This document shows, piece by piece, positions 63,601 to 64,000 of a stretch of DNA of 64,000 bases. The DNA lies in contig CH464491.1 of NCBI GenBank assembly GCA_000002445.1, positions 3,520,001 to 3,584,000 on the forward strand, given 5' to 3'. Numbering within the stretch: the first letter of the stretch is position 1; the number at the start of each line of letters is the position of its first letter. Position numbers and translations under genes: made by a program. This stretch comes from Trypanosoma brucei (Eukaryota). Below the pieces are notes generated by a model, which had not been told where the DNA came from, did no database searches, and saw nothing but the letters and a program-made list of their open reading frames with translations.

Positions 63601-64000
63601 CACTGAATAAGCGTTGGCCTCACTGTCAATGCACTTCCAAACCAAAGTATGCCATTGCCCATCCATAAAGTTTGTGTGCTCATTTCCTCTCAGTAACGCC
63701 GAGCAGCAAGCGCCTAGCGAGTCCACGAGGTATAGCGTAATGTTATACTCATGAAAGCGGTAGCGCTCCCTTCCGAACGCTGGCTCCGCATTGAACACGA
63801 TACCGAATCCCTGCATTCTGCATTGTTTGTCTGTCACACCAAGTAAGCTCATAACTCTATTGTCTACATCTGTTTTAAATCTAATTTCTACAGTCCAATT
63901 GTGTAGCAAATCCCCTAAAATACCTAATGTGCCCAGATTCACCACGAGGTTTCCGTCCAAATGCGGAGCACAGGAGGGTGGTGGGCCACAACCTGGTTCG
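60688..64000 (-). CDS. 5'-truncated large protein (more than 1100 aa) with an N-proximal concanavalin-A-like/LamG-like beta-sandwich region and an IQ motif; the gene continues beyond the window edge
   Basis: The track start (63960) is a TTG, and the frame stays open to position 64000, so the true N-terminus lies outside the window. LamG-like segment FMDGQWHTLVWKCIDSEANAYSVKVDGTPQELFYL; IQ motif AAVLIQRNWRAQMGRMEALRL. Confidence 0.5.
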   Translation of the reverse strand, partial: EPGCGPPPSCAPHLDGNLVVNLGTLGILGDLLHNWTVEIRFKTDVDNRVMSLLGVTDKQCRMQGFGIVFNAEPAFGRERYRFHEYNITLYLVDSLGACCSALLRGNEHTNFMDGQWHTLVWKCIDSEANAYSVKVDGTPQELFYLVREGPGKFIPFDDWICLGGHNVRSYRVQCPFYGEISRCFISARGVPLATLVMNEGPGSYVLQDSSGRCNHGLLISEKTCAIRRHDVFWYPYLEETHEEGQDTTAQDEVFIHMNNAVSLAAVVFTCEFSQSGVVREVPYDVLAGASVELRVVEQHICDARPEWKTWRALPESCFRHVETLVQFEEIVNEALSLEKPVGHFMFVIRIGDCHVTLLNLHGPVLPPDATFNQSMLRWQYAYAVAGTKGRREIMLNHMINSVDSVLLSDTLKPFTTWKLGPITVSGKSIVTEDLVRSLQNSGKPWLLSAVLHNHLLNAEFGSSLHIIHHLSGRATADEAASIALFNRRLYIATYERAAVLIQRNWRAQMGRMEALRLANEKQVQERRVEEIAVLRANPLLKARERLSALLISLHDIEAESIPSINDNLEELSSMLRRQGYEVTHLLNPERVAITKSIAELDQNATSFVYVSGYGGRMEIRQPILVSLHSLHISISEGSQRAHIDLERGLGYRQMIQNFRETMPQPKARKSKKKQVVIMSKKATQEAEMAARQRDEMFRWAVAETEDEEANLRMACEAEYDTEVLMIIREIKLAIESTEEYERLYRQNEAGMNFILPCENLFVNPYANTLCEVGELMQLIFQRHMTPVGLQRVVAFDLEPITPMTCGFACLASSTGNTLRFPYKPQQRRVFTDILKKAFDGRLPRVSAHTKAAILRGGIETTAEQRDWRSLATYVVSQMQSVVDEQTYAAARKELDRELPFTAELIPIHTCPLDSDARDKLRRERDSKEVHVVMRFAVGSAVVQPDMFSVFKNILVQAGPLKEILFKRTIYFVLTQNNKGIDGIVMEAVESEVEKCRPQECNVGIRLTACAAGVRVNFEDDDPAQKQNITHWVNAIVMRCLSWRLPVNPLFGYRTLDVDHVAYLYEVKCTCSVRKFRRLQKQQHKEPIPIPYVRFMECEIATAP

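Noticed and set aside
1-64000. Prokaryote-style systems (defence islands, CRISPR arrays, operons, integrases, toxin-antitoxin pairs)
   Set aside because: The sequence is eukaryotic kinetoplastid DNA (long unidirectional gene array, CT-tract/UTR punctuation, eukaryote-specific domains such as bromodomain, SET, kelch, F-box, JBP). No direct-repeat/spacer arrays or RBS-coupled operons are present.

Overview
This 64 kb window reads as the interior of one kinetoplastid RNA polymerase II polycistronic transcription unit. The best match is Trypanosoma; the gene content and a JBP1 protein of 839 aa are consistent with T. brucei chromosome 11, but that is recall, not a search result. All ~31 credible protein-coding genes lie on the minus strand, head to tail. 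They are separated by 0.5-2.3 kb UTR/intergenic spacers that carry polypyrimidine tracts (seen as purine-rich runs on the + strand) and dinucleotide microsatellites ((CA)n, (TA)n, (TG)n). I found no tRNA, rRNA or snRNA genes, no retroposon (ingi/RIME/SLACS-like) reverse-transcriptase ORF, no strand-switch region and no prokaryotic features such as CRISPR or operons. The gene products I could recognise from motifs are listed under features: JBP1, a tandem-bromodomain factor (BDF5-like), a Sen1/senataxin-like helicase, two DeSI deSUMOylase-like peptidases, a SET-domain protein, COQ4 and two adjacent rhodanese-domain paralogs are the main ones. Caveat on the ORF track: many ORFs start at GTG or TTG, not ATG. 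Several N-terminal extensions are simply polypyrimidine tract translated (FFFFYH..., LFFHFFFSF..., FLCCFSPLFPSPP...). I moved those starts to the first downstream ATG where I could check the base. Coordinates carry a few-nt uncertainty. I saw no strong evidence of a novel multi-gene system; the most notable points are paralog pairs and unusual domain combinations.
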